Assembly (NCBI GenBank): GCA_946965045.2
Contig: OX337240.1
Span: 2,852,001-2,916,000 of the forward strand
From: Epithemia pelagica
Taxonomy: Eukaryota; Protista; Bacillariophyta
Length of the DNA stretch: 64,000 nt
Direction: 5' to 3'
A model generated the notes under the pieces. The model was given only the letters and a program-made list of their open reading frames with translations. It was not told the origin of the DNA and searched no databases. How positions within the stretch are numbered: position 1 is the stretch's first letter; the number at the start of each line of letters is the position of its first letter. Of the stretch, positions 22,102 through 34,900 are shown in pieces. A program made the translations under genes and the position numbers.

Positions 22102-25100
22102 ATGGAGGGTAACAACCCTGAAATGGACGAACACGATCCAGATCAATTGAAAGGCACCCAGATCAGCCCCACCATGAAACGACGAATGGTGGAGCACTTT
22201 GAGAAACGCTCGTGGTTGCCCGTATTGACCAATACTCCACACGTCACGGATCGAGGGGCGCAAGTCCTTCTCGAGTTGGATCGAGACGTTAGGGACAGAG
22301 GAGGACGCGCGGATGATGTGGCTTGGTTCCGACTGGTGCTCGAAGATACGAATATCGGTGACGGGGGCCTGGAAGCGCTCTCCCGTGCCTTTCTCAAAAC
22401 CACCACACCACATCCCCGGCTCACAGTGCGTCGGGTCCAAGACCTTGACGACGAAACCGCAGTTCTGTTGGCAAATGCTCTCGATCAAGATCCATCCTGG
22501 GAAACCTTGTGGATTCAAGAAGATTGCAATCCATATTATTGCGATTTTCAATCTCTTGGAGTGAAAGCACTGATTAGCGCTTTGAGAAACAATCATGTTT
22601 GGCAAATGGTGGTGCTTAATTGTACGAACCTTGGAGAGAAAGGAGTTGATGCACTGGCAGAGGCACTGTAGCAAAATACCCAATGGACCACGTTGGAGCT
22701 CTGGCACGTACGGTTTTCTTCGTTGATTGGAATCAAAGCCTTGTGTGAAGCCTTGAGTGTCAACGACAAGACATGGAAATCATTCCAACTTGAGGGTCCA
22801 CTATTATTTGATGAGCCAGCTCTGATTGACGACTGTGAATTAGAAGCATTGTCACATGCCTTGCGTCGCAATCCATATTGGCAAGTGTTTCGCTATCGGT
22901 TTTCACAAGAGAACTATGGTGAACTGATATCCGTTGCCAAATCACTGCAGGACAACACAGTCTGGCGAGCATTTGATCTACATTTAGGCCAGGCAACCAT
23001 GCATGTCGAGAAAGTGGCCGAGGGTCTCTGTGGACAAACCTCTTGGAAATATTTCATTTTATTTATCCCTCATGACACTCCCGACCAATGGGTGGAACTG
23101 TTGGCCAATCTGTTGAAAACGTCACCAAGCTGGGAACGGTTTGCCTTACATGTGGGAGTTGGAGAAGTTGGGCCGTGGCTCAAGTTTGGTCCAGCCATCC
23201 TCCAACGTTTGGACAAGAATTGGAACTCGTTGGTGCTTTGGTTTCCCATTACGAATGGCTACGCCAACCCCCCTCCGCACTTACCCTTATTGCTAGAGAA
23301 CCATTTCGACGAACTTGTAGTGGCGGCCGACGAACCCATTACCAATTTATTCCTCACCAATCATGACCAAGCTACCGATGCCCTGAAAATGGCGGAATAT
23401 TTGGGACACTGCTGGAAATCCATGGATTTATGTATGCTGCCGGAAGAACTGGCACTCAGCGTTGGTCGACCGTTTGGCATTCCGCGAACCATTTCATTGC
23501 ACCACACGCCACGGTTGACCTTTCCAGCAGCCCTTGGAATCATCCAGTCCATCCAAGGTGATGGTGGTGCAACGGCCGAGAACATTGACAGCACCAGTGC
23601 TTCAGCCGCTCTTGCATCCAGTAGACGACAAGGCAATGTCCATTGGTTTCGTTTGTCGTTGAGTCATGTGGACATTGGGGATGACGGAGCCAATGCCATT
23701 GCAGACATGTTACAAAACAGTCATCAATGGCAAATTTTTGATCTAGCTCATACGGCTCTGGATGACGCTGGGATCAAGGCGCTGGTGGAGGGTATGAAGA
23801 GCAATCGTGATTGGCGTTGCATGAATGTGTCGCGTACCAAGATTGGTACACACGGAGCACGGAATTAGGACGGGCGTTGGATGGTAACGACAGTTGGTGG
23901 TACTTTTCCATTGCAAACACGGACACATCGAATGCAGGATTGAGCAAATTGGCATTTGTCCTGGAAGATCGCGAATGGCATACGGTGGATGTTGGTTTTA
24001 CGAACATTACTGATCGTGGTCTCAAGGCCTTGTCAATGGCACTGTATGATGAGCAATCATCGTCATGGCGACACTTACGATTGTCTCATTGCAGTCTTTT
24101 TGATGAAGGTGCCATTCGATTGGCCATGGCACTGCGTGAAAACCCACGCAGGTGGCGTATGTTTGATGTTGGAAATACCAACATGACTTACGATGATATG
24201 AAAGAGGTTTCGGAAGCTTGGAGAAAAATGTGGATTGGCATACTTTGGATATGCGGTACAATGATCAACGTCAGCTTGGAGCACATGCTGTCAAAAGTCT
24301 TACAAATGCTGATCCAACATGGAAATCGATGGAATACAAACCTCCTACGTCGATTCAAGGTGTTCGGAAACTCCCATTGTTGTTGACAGCCGGTGCGTTT
24401 GCGGTCACGAACAGGGAAAGTAACTAGGAAGGAAGTCTTATCGTCAAGACTAAGAATGATTTGACATTTACGACCGCGGTTAAAGTACAAGGAAAGGTTG
24501 ATGCTCAAATTGGTGAAGATATCCAGTGTTTGGATACATCCCTGGACATGGCCATTCAATATGGTGCGACGCTGATCGCCGAGTTGGAAACGATGGTGTT
24601 GTTACGCTTTGTGGAACTAGGCGAACGACTTTTGGAGGTATCAGCATCAATTGGAAGGATCAACAAGATCAGACTTGAGATGGCATCTGGGAAAGAGGAC
24701 CTGAAGCAGTTGAATCCGCATAGATTGAAGAAACTCCAAGCGATTATGACTTTTGGAATCGAGGTGGCAAAGATAATGCTTGAAAAGCTACCTTCTGAAA
24801 ACCAAAAACCAAAATACCACGTTTTCATTTCGTTTGCCGGGGAAGTTCGCAAGGAGCGTGAGTTTGACTATGTGACCAGTTTGAAGGATCAGTTGCAAAT
24901 CGCGGCTGGTGGTGGTGGCAACACACTCAATATCTTTGTAGCGGAAAAAACAATGCATGCTGGACAACAGTCTGATCCACTTGTTACCATGTTCACGAAT
25001 GCTCTTACAGCGCGGGTTGTGGTTTGTGTGGTATCAAGACACTATGCTCAAAAGAAGTGGTGTATCGCTGAACTGTTTTGTGCTTTGGCTCGGAACGAGA

Positions 25101-25705
25101 ATGTTTGCCCATGGTCGGGTGTGAGTGGAGTAATTGTCGATGTCTTCCCAGGGTGTCATTGGGTTCTCCCGCCTTGTCGTACTACCACGATTGCCTCGCT
25201 TCCGCACCAAAGGACCAACCTGATACAACGTTTCGTAGAAGCGCCGACAAGTGGCTTGATGATTTCTGTTGTGTCCTGTAACACTTACCATACACATTTT
25301 CGCCACCGATTTCACAGATTTGCATGGTCGGAAGTTGTTTTGAAAGACTGGACCTACGTGGATTCCCGTTGTTGTTGTTCCTCTGGACTTGTGTACGGAA
25401 CAGATTCCAGATACAAACAGTTGGTTGGTCACGTGAAGGTGGTTGCAAAAAAAGCAGTTTCTTGTTTAAAAATTCATCAGGAACACGCATTCTCCCTCTC
25501 AAACAGAGACGAGAGTGATCCTCCGCCTAGAGGCAAAGGAAACGACTCAAAGCACCTTCACAGAATGATTGACCATTTGGTATGCAAGCATCATGGCTGT
25601 CGCAATGACAACCACGAGAACCAGGTTCCAGAACAAGAGCTGCATGTCGCGTCAGATTTCGACGGAGGAGAATTCACCCTCCAAACAACGCAAAAACAAC
25701 CATAG
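22102..25705 (+). pseudogene. RNI-like LRR array fused to a C-terminal TIR domain; two in-frame TAGs and two 1-nt frameshifts
   Basis: LRRs such as LEDTNIGDGGLEALSRAF and LSHVDIGDDGANAIADML. TIR: KYHVFISFAGE...VVCVVSRHYAQKKWCIAEL (24815-25075). TAG 22669-22671 and 24425-24427; frameshifts near 23862 and 24218 restore ARELGRAL and EALEKN. Confidence 0.75.
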
Positions 25706-27067
25706 CAAAGCCTTGCCCCCTGTGATGACACTTTCTTGTCAAATTCTGTTTGATGTGCTGGCAATCTGTCGTGGATGGCACAGCATAGCTTTTGCTTGTT
25801 TCAAACCAAGTCCGAAGTCAATGGATTGTACAGACTTTTACACGGACAGCAACCAAAGGCTTTGTCATACGAGATCAGCGTTGCGATTGCTCACACCACA
25901 TAACCAAAAGGTATTACGAAGGGTAGCAGAGACCAAAGAACACTTTGTACAGAATCCCGCGCGATCCGGGACCCGTACGTTCGATCTCTTGAACGCAAAG
26001 ATAATCAAAGATACGATAGCTCTCGATGGGGAGTCATTCCGGCCAATGACACCAAATGGCCATGGGGGTGGCCGCCGTCGCTCCCCCTCCTCATTTCATA
26101 CTATGCCAACAGACTGTGCCGATTCGTGGCAACGAAATGGTGTGAGGGTGCATATCCCAATGGTTTTGTCGAGAGATTCCCTCCTCGGGATCATCGATTC
26201 GCCAGTGGCCGTCTGGTGGTGGTGAATGTGTCCAGTGTTATCATGGCTTCACCAAATCCATCGTTTCACCGAATCAACAATCCTTTGGCGATCGAGCAGC
26301 TGCTCGGGAAAGGAACGCGTTGGACAAACTCTTGTGTGGAATCGAGGGGAAACAACAATATGCAAGCCGTATATGACGCTGGATTTCGATGCAGTTTCAT
26401 TCTCATGACCTTGGAGTTTGGTCTGGGCAAGCATCTCGGAAGAAGCTCCGAAACTGGACCCACCCGGTTCCAATGGGATGATGCAGCACCTTAGTAATAG
26501 ATGATGACGAGGATGATACCTTGGATCGACGGTTTTATGACAGGACTCTAGCGCTGTCCTCTCATGCCAAATCGTTGGAATCTCACTGCGGAACGAGGTG
26601 GCTGACACGACGACGACGACGACTCTGGGCGCCACTTGTGGATGTGGCTCGTTCGAAAAAGGGCGCGCGCACATGTAACCCGGTCCAACGATGGAACGAG
26701 AGGCAAGCAAAAGACTAAAAGAATTTGCCGCTCTGAACCATTTGCGAGAGGGAACCATTCGGCTGAATGGATGCAAGCCATGACAGAAGCGATTAATTTC
26801 GAGTTCTACCCAGCTCGTCTTTGCTTGTATCGAATCGCATTCACTCCATTCTCCGCAAGAAAAGGAGATTAAGTAGACTACGGGAGTAATCATTTTAGAA
26901 ACTGACAGTCTTTCCTAAATTTCCATGTGGAAGTTATCATACAAACATGAAACCGGAAATGCGCCAAAGCGACCACCAGGAACTCTGGTGGACTTGGACC
27001 ATCTCCGAAAGTCTTGATTGCTCTTCATACGTGAACCATCACAGAGCAGGACTTGAAGCATTTCCTT

Positions 27068-28000
27068 TCACTGATTACCACCAGGAAATTTGGCAGGAAC
27101 TTTGGCGGGCTTTGACCACCTCCGAACGTCTTCATTGCTTCGCAAAGCTAAACGATCACTGAACAGTAACCGAAACAGTTTCCTGTTCATTGTACCAGAC
27201 CCGCTGTAGTTTCCGATGAAATTGATCCATTCCATTTGTTCCTCCGGGTGGTCTCTCGCCGAAGAAGTGCCCGGTTCGAGGTGATATACCGAATACCAAT
27301 GCATTCCAAAAATGTCGGTCGTCCCATATCTCAATCTGTACAAGGACTTTGCCCTGTCCAGAGGTAAACAGAAGGTCAGAATCCTAACGAGTCGGCGTGT
27401 TCGGAAAACGCAATCAATGGCTTGTTCAAATTCGTTGCTGTAACCAAAGTTTGACCATTCTTCAACCAAGTCGTAAAGAAGTTTCAAGCAAACCCTCCTG
27501 TCCTTGTTCAATGCTTTGGCGCGTTCGTCTTCGGGGTCTTTCTGAAGAGTTGTATATACTTCTTTTGCCCAATCATCAAGGTTCTTTAATCCTCTGTCTT
27601 TTTCCATTCTCTCCAAAGCTTCCAGAATCTCAGGGGCATTATATCGTCTCACATATTCCTTTACCACGGAGCATGCATCTCGGAGGTCCAGTTTGATACG
27701 CTTTGGATTGGGGTGCGGAAACTGTGCGATCTGCTCCTGTGGGATGGTCGCATCCGCGAATTCGTGACGAATGGAGGAGATTTCAGTGGCAGAAGAGCTG
27801 AGTTGAACATCTCGTGGTACAGAAGGAACGGTTAAAGCAAGAGGAACAGGCTGAGTCGTCATTGTCGGAATCGGTATCGTCGTAACACTTGAGGCTCTTT
27901 TGGAAGGAGGATCTCCCTCCAATGGTTCGAAGATACCAATTGGTGCCTTGATTGTGTATGGATGTATCCATTTTGCTCCGCATGCGCGAGAATCTCGCAT
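27068..28000 (-). CDS. Hypothetical protein (310 aa)
   Basis: Intact ORF with globular-looking helical composition; no motif recognised. Confidence 0.5.
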   Translation of the reverse strand: MRDSRACGAKWIHPYTIKAPIGIFEPLEGDPPSKRASSVTTIPIPTMTTQPVPLALTVPSVPRDVQLSSSATEISSIRHEFADATIPQEQIAQFPHPNPKRIKLDLRDACSVVKEYVRRYNAPEILEALERMEKDRGLKNLDDWAKEVYTTLQKDPEDERAKALNKDRRVCLKLLYDLVEEWSNFGYSNEFEQAIDCVFRTRRLVRILTFCLPLDRAKSLYRLRYGTTDIFGMHWYSVYHLEPGTSSARDHPEEQMEWINFIGNYSGSGTMNRKLFRLLFSDRLALRSNEDVRRWSKPAKVPAKFPGGNQ

Positions 28001-28777
28001 ACCCTCTCCAGTGTTTCTCAGATACCCATTGTATCGATTGTGAATGAATGTATCCTATATGCTTCGCTGAGGCTGTGTCTCATTCCTCACGTTGACCTGT
28101 CCGGAACAGGCACCTGTCTGTAAGTAGTGTCGATCCGTTGTGGTGGTGTGTGTGGTTGAGAAAGAATGCGGGGAGGCGATCCTGTTTCGGTTGTGGTGGT
28201 CCCCCTGCGCGCGAGAAATTTGTCACGACCGAATCAATCGAAACTGGTCCGTTGAAGAGCCATGCTGGCGTTTTGGTCCTCTCGGTATTCGTAGATCGAC
28301 CCAACCCCAACGACAACGACAGAGATCGTAGCTACGCAACACGAGCACACCATTGTCGACTTCGTCTCTCCACTCTCCGCACCAGTTGTGTTTTGTGTTG
28401 GTCCTGTGGACTGTTCTGTTTCTTGTGTGGTGTATAGACACAAGAAGAGGAAGACCAGAACAGTTTCTTTTACAAGATCCACACCAGACACAGCGGAAGA
28501 ACGCAATCAACAACCAAGAATTGTCCGAGTCCCTCTCCAGGAATGAGACAACAACACACACAGGATTGATGGAATGAATCGTGGGACTCTATAGCGTAGT
28601 AGCCTCGTTTTCACTTTGGAAATTGCCAAACGAGCTGCCCACAACGCGTGACAACATAGCCTTGTGGAATAAAAAAACAGAATCAACCAACCAACCGAAT
28701 CATCGATAAAGCAGCAACAACCGCAGTCAACCAAAGTACAGTGGAGGCCCTTTTCTCCGGACAACCGCAACAGTATC

Positions 28778-30773
28778 ATGACCGACTCATCGTCGTCGTC
28801 CTCGACAGATCATCAAGTGTTGCAAGATGAATTGTTTGCCCGTTCCTTGCAACAACAAGAATTGGCGGCACAAGAGCAGCATCCCGAACGCTCGCCGTAT
28901 GTTCACCAGCCTTCCTCGTCCTTTTATTCGTCGTCCGTCTTTTCGCAAGAACAACAGCAACAGTCACCGCCATCCCAACAAGAACCCGTCGTGCCCAACC
29001 ACAACGACGACGACGAAACCGACGACCACACCACTGATCAAGACATGACGAAACAAGTTCGACATCGTCATTATTCCTTGACCGAACTCGTGGCGTGCTT
29101 GCACTATCAAAACAACAACGCATCCTCGCCACCACCCGACGAAGAGATTCCTCCCGAATTGGTGCGTCGCGTCATGGATTTTCGCTTGGCGCAACAAAAG
29201 CGTCGTCAACTGTACGGTCGGAACCAAACGGCCACGTGGGGCATTTACGGTGTCTATCAACATTTGCATACGGTCCGGACCGATTTGGAATGGGCCGAAG
29301 ATGCCGCCTGGCGACGACAACACCACCAACCCTATTGCAGTTGGACCGATTTTCAAGCGGCGCAACAGCAACGATCCAAACGACACTTGTACGTGACCTA
29401 CAGTCTCATGGTCCTTTGCTCCATTATGATGATGGTCGAATTTGCTGTCAATGAGTGGCAATTGGAATCCCTCTCGGTCAATCCCCTCATTGGTCCCTCG
29501 GCCGAAACCTTGGTGAAACTCGGTGCCTTGGATACCGACAAGATTGTTCAAGACGGACAATGGTTCCGCTTGGTTTCACCCTTGATTTTGCATGCCGGCA
29601 TTGTGCATTACGCCCTCAATGTCGGTGCCATGTACGTCTTTGGCGGCGCCCTCGAACAAGCCCATGGCTGGAAAAATTGTCTCTGGTTGTTTGTCTTGCC
29701 CGCGGTCGGGGGCAATGTCTTGTCGGCCCTCTTTTTGCCCCAATACATTTCCGTGGGAGCCTCGGGTGGCATTTTTGGATGGATGGGAGCCTGCCTCGCC
29801 GATATCATGGTGCATTGGAATTTGATTTGCTTGCCAAGTTTTGATGAGACAGCGACTTCCCAAACAACGACGACACGCCGCCGCCATGTCTGGGCCCTAA
29901 TTTGGATGGTTGTGGAAGTGGCGGTCAATGTCGTGATTGGATTGACGGTAGGTTCACACGTGTGTGTGTCTGTGTGTGTCTGGCCATCGAGGGAACAGGG
30001 CGGTCCTTCTCGTCCTTACAGGGTCGTGTGTGTGCGCGTCGGTGTGTGTGTGCATCTCACCTCACGTGTCTTTTGCTGTCGGTGCGTTGTTGTTGCTTGT
30101 TTGTGTTATGCGTTGTTTGGTGGTTGTACGGTGTATCTCGGCACAGCCCTTTGTGGACAATTTCATTCACTTGGGTGGCTTGGTCTATGGCATTTTGTGT
30201 GGATGGACCGTGATTGAATATGCCGCCCTCGACTTTTTGGGCTACCAAGCGAGTTGGTGGAAAAAGGTGCGCTTGTTTGCCATGCGATTCATCGGACTGT
30301 TTGCCACCGTCTTGTTTATCTTAATGACAACGGTCTGGTTGGCCACCATGGAACTGCAAGTCACCACGACGACGGTGGTGGATGGGGGCAATGCGACCAT
30401 TACGACAACGTCCTCGCGGCTCAACAATCCGTGTCCCAAGTGTCGCTATTTCAATTGTGTGCCCTTTCCCTCCCAAGCCAATCCGTGGTGGTATTGCGAC
30501 GATTGTGCCACGGATTCCGCCGCCACCTTGTACAAGACCGAAACCACGACGACGACGACGACGGCGGATGGTGAGGACGACAATGACGATTCTACCAACA
30601 ACAACACGACTGTCGTGACGGCCTATTATACCCGGATTGATTTGACCTGTCCCAATGGCCAAGTGGTTCCCGCCATTAACGTGACGGATCGCAACATTAC
30701 CGACAAGGCCGTCTTGGTCGACGACTTGCCCGACTATTGTCGTGACTATTGCGACACGGTCTATGCCTATTAA
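28778..30773 (+). CDS. Rhomboid intramembrane serine protease; exons 28778-29947 and 30147-30773
   Basis: NPLIGPS, WFRLVSPLILHAGIVH, catalytic GASGG; GT-AG intron 29948-30146 joins VIGLT to PFVDNFIHLGG (catalytic His); Cys-rich C-terminus. Confidence 0.9.
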
Positions 30774-30947
30774 TGAATAATGGGATAATGAATGAATAAC
30801 ATGAGAGAGAGTCCAAAGCGACGGATTCTATAGCGCTTTCAAAGTAACAATGATTTTTTTGGAACGAGCCCATTTCCATTCTGAGGATCCTGTGGAGAGT
30901 CGAATCGAATGGTTGGAACTCCTCTATTTTTGTATGGCTAGTAGCTA

Positions 30948-31667
30948 CTCCCTCCGTTCCAAAATTATCGCAACAAGTTTCTAAAAATGACGTAACTTCT
31001 CACGCGCTAACCCGTTGACGCTAAAAATTATATAGATCGATAGCTTATTACTAGACTCAAATTTCCATGTATAATTTACATGTTCCATCTCGCAATCCTG
31101 GAGAGCTACATGGAACTAAAAGAGGCTAAAAAAGCAACCCAAACTTTGGCGTACCGGTTCTGGCCACCCAGGGGCACCCAAACCATGGCACCCTCTAGCT
31201 AGGCCCGCCAGGAGGTAAAGTACAAACAATTGCTGGCTAATGACTGTGGACGTGCTATTGACATTCATCTATCCTTCCCCATATGAATGGCACAGTGCCA
31301 GAGGTGTTTTGTCGAACGTCGCCAAAATTTTGGGTGTTCATTGATCCATCATAAGTAGGCTATGAGAGCGCGCAGAGCAATCGCACGCAGCGGACTTAAT
31401 TACCTCCCCTATAATTTTATCCAGCGCACGCACGCGTGGTCGAATTCCTATGTGTTCTTCGTCTGCTGTTACTAAAGCGGTTAAAAGTATCACGCGATTG
31501 AAGGATAGTTAGGATATGGCGCGTGTCACATTGAATGTTCATCTCTAAAATTCGACTCCGAATCAGCCGGCCGTCCTCCTGTAGAAATGTACCAGGGCCT
31601 ACGAGAGCTTTTTGTGCGACTACTATGACTTAAAAAACTTGTTGCAATAATTTTGGACCGGAGGGAG
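30948..31667. mobile_element. Stowaway-like (Tc1/mariner) MITE, 720 bp
   Basis: 33-bp TIRs CTCCCTCCG(T/G)TCCAAAATTAT(C/T)GCAACAAGTTT with 2 mismatches; TA on both sides (30946-47, 31668-69); no transposase ORF. Confidence 0.85.
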
Positions 31668-31684
31668 TAGTAGTAGGGTGTCGG

Positions 31685-31897
31685 TGCCATACCCATGCAT
31701 AATGGTAGGACGTAAAAAATATGATCTTTAGGAATTACACTAGGAAAGTGAGCGATGGCCAGAGAAGCCATCTGCACACGGGACAAGGACGGACTGAATT
31801 CTGAGAACGTCGGTGTCAAAGATGTCACAGATTCAACTAGGGACCTATCGAGTCATGTTTACGTGGAGTCGTGGCGGGACAGAGTCCGGGTACCGCA
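31685..31897 (-). repeat. 3' LTR of the Gypsy element
   Basis: Base-for-base identical to 37192-37404. Confidence 0.95.
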
Positions 31898-31910
31898 CTC
31901 TACCTCTCCC
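31898..31910 (-). other. Polypurine tract
   Basis: Minus strand GGGAGAGGTAGAG abuts the 3' LTR. Confidence 0.8.
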
Positions 31911-31984
31911 TGGTCGGACCTAGGAAGTTCGAGCGGGCCATGGGAAAGCTTGATGGCCAGAGGCCAACGGCAGTAAAACCCATG

Positions 31985-34900
31985 TCACACACGGTAAGGG
32001 ATGAGACGCCTGATATTGATGCGCTCGGTAACGTGGGGACCACGTTGAATGGTCACGGTGCCATTGGAATGGACACGTGTGATCGTGAAAGGATTGGGAC
32101 TGGTACGAAGTGCCAATTTGTCCGGATTGGTAGCGCGGATAAGCACGCGATCTCCAATTTTGTAGTCATGAAAGACGCGAGAGCGATTTGCGAGTCGAGC
32201 TCGTTCGTCAACGATGATTTGGCGTTTTTGACGAATCAATTCCATGTCCGCAAGGATGGGAATGTCGAACAGCATGTCGCGGTGGAACGCAAGACTGCCG
32301 GGAGAATGTTTGAGGCTGCCGTGGATGGCAGTGCGTGCAGAGTATGCAGCGGTTTGCAGAGCAGTGTCGACCATAAGAGCGGCCTGTTCAATGTTTTGCG
32401 GCGGCTCGTAGTTAACGATAGCGCGTAATGAATTGCCGATTGTCAGATGAAGACGTTCACATAGGGCATTGGATTGTGGATTTTTGACCGTTAGGGGCAC
32501 TGGTTTGATACCATGATTGCGAAGCACTTGCGTAAAGGCATGGCCGATAAACTCGCCGCCTTGATCAAAAAGGCAACGAACAGGGCGAGGATAGCGTGAA
32601 AGCCATGAATTCTCGAGTTGGAGACCAACATGTCGAGCGGTTTTATCGTATATGCGGATAATCTCGCAGAAATTGGTGACAGTGTCAATGACCGTCAGAG
32701 CTTGAAAGGTTAGGGCCATGCCATGGACTTTGACTGTCCAGGGGCCGATAAGATCGACGGCAATGTCGGACCAGGGATTACCACGGACCTCACGAGGAGG
32801 CAATTCTCCGTAATGTCGATGAACGACCTTCGACCGTTGACAAGTCGGGCAGCTGGAAACAGCTTGATCGCAGTAGAGTCCCAATTGGGGATGCGTCATG
32901 TGCATGGCGATAGTATCGCGGAGTCGCGTGGAACCAGCGTGGTTAAGCACGAGATGATACCAGTTGACTGTATGTGCGAGAAGCGAGTCGGGAATGCGAA
33001 TGCGCCAGAGGGCATTAACCGATTGTCGATAACAGACAAGGTTGTATTGTGGATTTTCCGTAGGAAAGGGTTGCAAATGATAATAGTCAGGTTTGGATTG
33101 GACCAACGCCATTAAGGCGGCATCGTTTTGTTGATGCTGAGATATCGTAGCATAGTCAACCGGTAGGGGTTGGTTGGCCGTAATGGCGGGATGATTAAGA
33201 TACACATCGATCAACTCTTCGTCCATGAAAATAGGGGATTCATGAGAATCCGCGTCACGAGACGCTAAGCGGGGGTCATCATTAGGCGCACGAGGAACCT
33301 GAAACACGGAGTGTTTGCCGCTACGATCGAAAAGGGATCGTGGTCCAGACGAGGGACCGTCGGAAGGGACCTTGGAAGGGACACTCTTCTCCTCCTCTTC
33401 TGAAAGAGGGAGACGCGACAACGCGTCGGCGATGACGTTATCCTGGCCAGGAATATAATGAAAGATGGGATTGTATTCTTCGAGAAAGAGACGCCAACGA
33501 AGGACTCGTTGGGAGTTGAGAGTGGAATAAGTGAGATTTTTGTGATCGGTATGAATGTGCAAGGCGGCACAGCCAAGCAACATGGAGCGGAACTCCTTGA
33601 GGGTTTCGACGATGGAGAGTAACTCCTTTTCCATAGTGGTGTAATTCCGCTGAGCGGGGTTGAGCTTGCGTGAGAAATACGCGACAGGGATGTTTTCCTG
33701 CATGATAACAGCGCCGAGCTGATAGTCAGACGCGTCCACAAAGACGTGGAAAGGAATGTTGTGATCGGGATAGCGGATAAACGCATCATGCGCAAGCATG
33801 GCTTTGACGTTTTCAAAGGCTTTCTGACATTGCGGGGACCATTCAAAGGTTTTTTTGCCGGTCAAGGCTGTGAGCGGAGCTAAGTGATGGGATCGCTGAG
33901 GATACATGTGACGATAGAAATTAACCATGCCAATGAAGGAACGTAGTTCTTTCATGGTGCGAGGAGGCGATAAGGCCAGAATCGCGGAAATCTTTTTCTT
34001 CCATGGTCGTAGACCTGTAGGCGTGAGCCAATGGCCAAGGAAGTCGGTTTCCTGTACGGCCCATTCACATTTGTGAGGAGTGATAGAGAAGTTCTTGTCT
34101 TGAAGACGTTGAAGGACTTTGTTGAGAATCTCGACATGTTCTTTCCAACTGTCGGAAAAGACACCGATATCGTCGATGTAGACCTCGACGTGATCGCGAA
34201 AGTCAGCGAGGACTTCTTCCATGAGCTCCTGACAGAAGTCTGGGGATTGCTTAACTCCCATAGGGAGACGACGATAGCGAAATTTGCCAAAAGGCGTAGT
34301 GATAACGCAAAGATTGCTGGAAAACTCGTCGAGTTTGAAAGTGTGAAAACACATAGAGATGTCAAGTTTTGTGAAATACTTGTAGCCTTTGCGTCGTCGA
34401 AGGATATCTTCGATCCTTGGAAAGGGATAGACGCGGCGATACATTTGCGCATTAAGCGAACGAAAGTCCGAGATCATTCGGATTCGTCCATCCTTTTTAG
34501 GAATGGCGAAATGAGGAGCGGCCCACTCAGTGGAACCAACTCGTTCGAGAATGCCGATATCGACAAACCGAAACAATTCCTTTTTAAAGGTGTCATGGAT
34601 ATTGCGAGGGACCGCATAATGACGATGATGAGCCGGTTTGGCATCGGGCATGAGATCGAGATGCAACTCTTTGTCTGGATAGGCACGCAGGACGCCGTCA
34701 AAGATGCGCCCGCATTTCAGCCACACACCAAGAAGATCTTGTTGTTGTGAGGGCGTCAAATGAGTCTGTTGGGCAAGAAGCTCATCGAGATCTGCCTGTT
34801 TGTAATTTGAATCGAGCAGGTAATCGTCACCGAGGACGTCATCATCTGCGAAGAGATCGATGAAATGTGAGACGAACTCATGTTCAGTCGCGAATGAATC

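Noticed and set aside
25706-26900. Short ORFs downstream of the TIR domain as an extra gene or domain
   Set aside because: Multiple stops in every frame and no recognisable motif; may be a decayed continuation of the LRR-TIR gene but cannot be supported.
31985-32200. Chromodomain or env-like ORF at the Gypsy 3' end
   Set aside because: Integrase ends at RRLIPYRV about 90 bp before the PPT; no room or motif for either.
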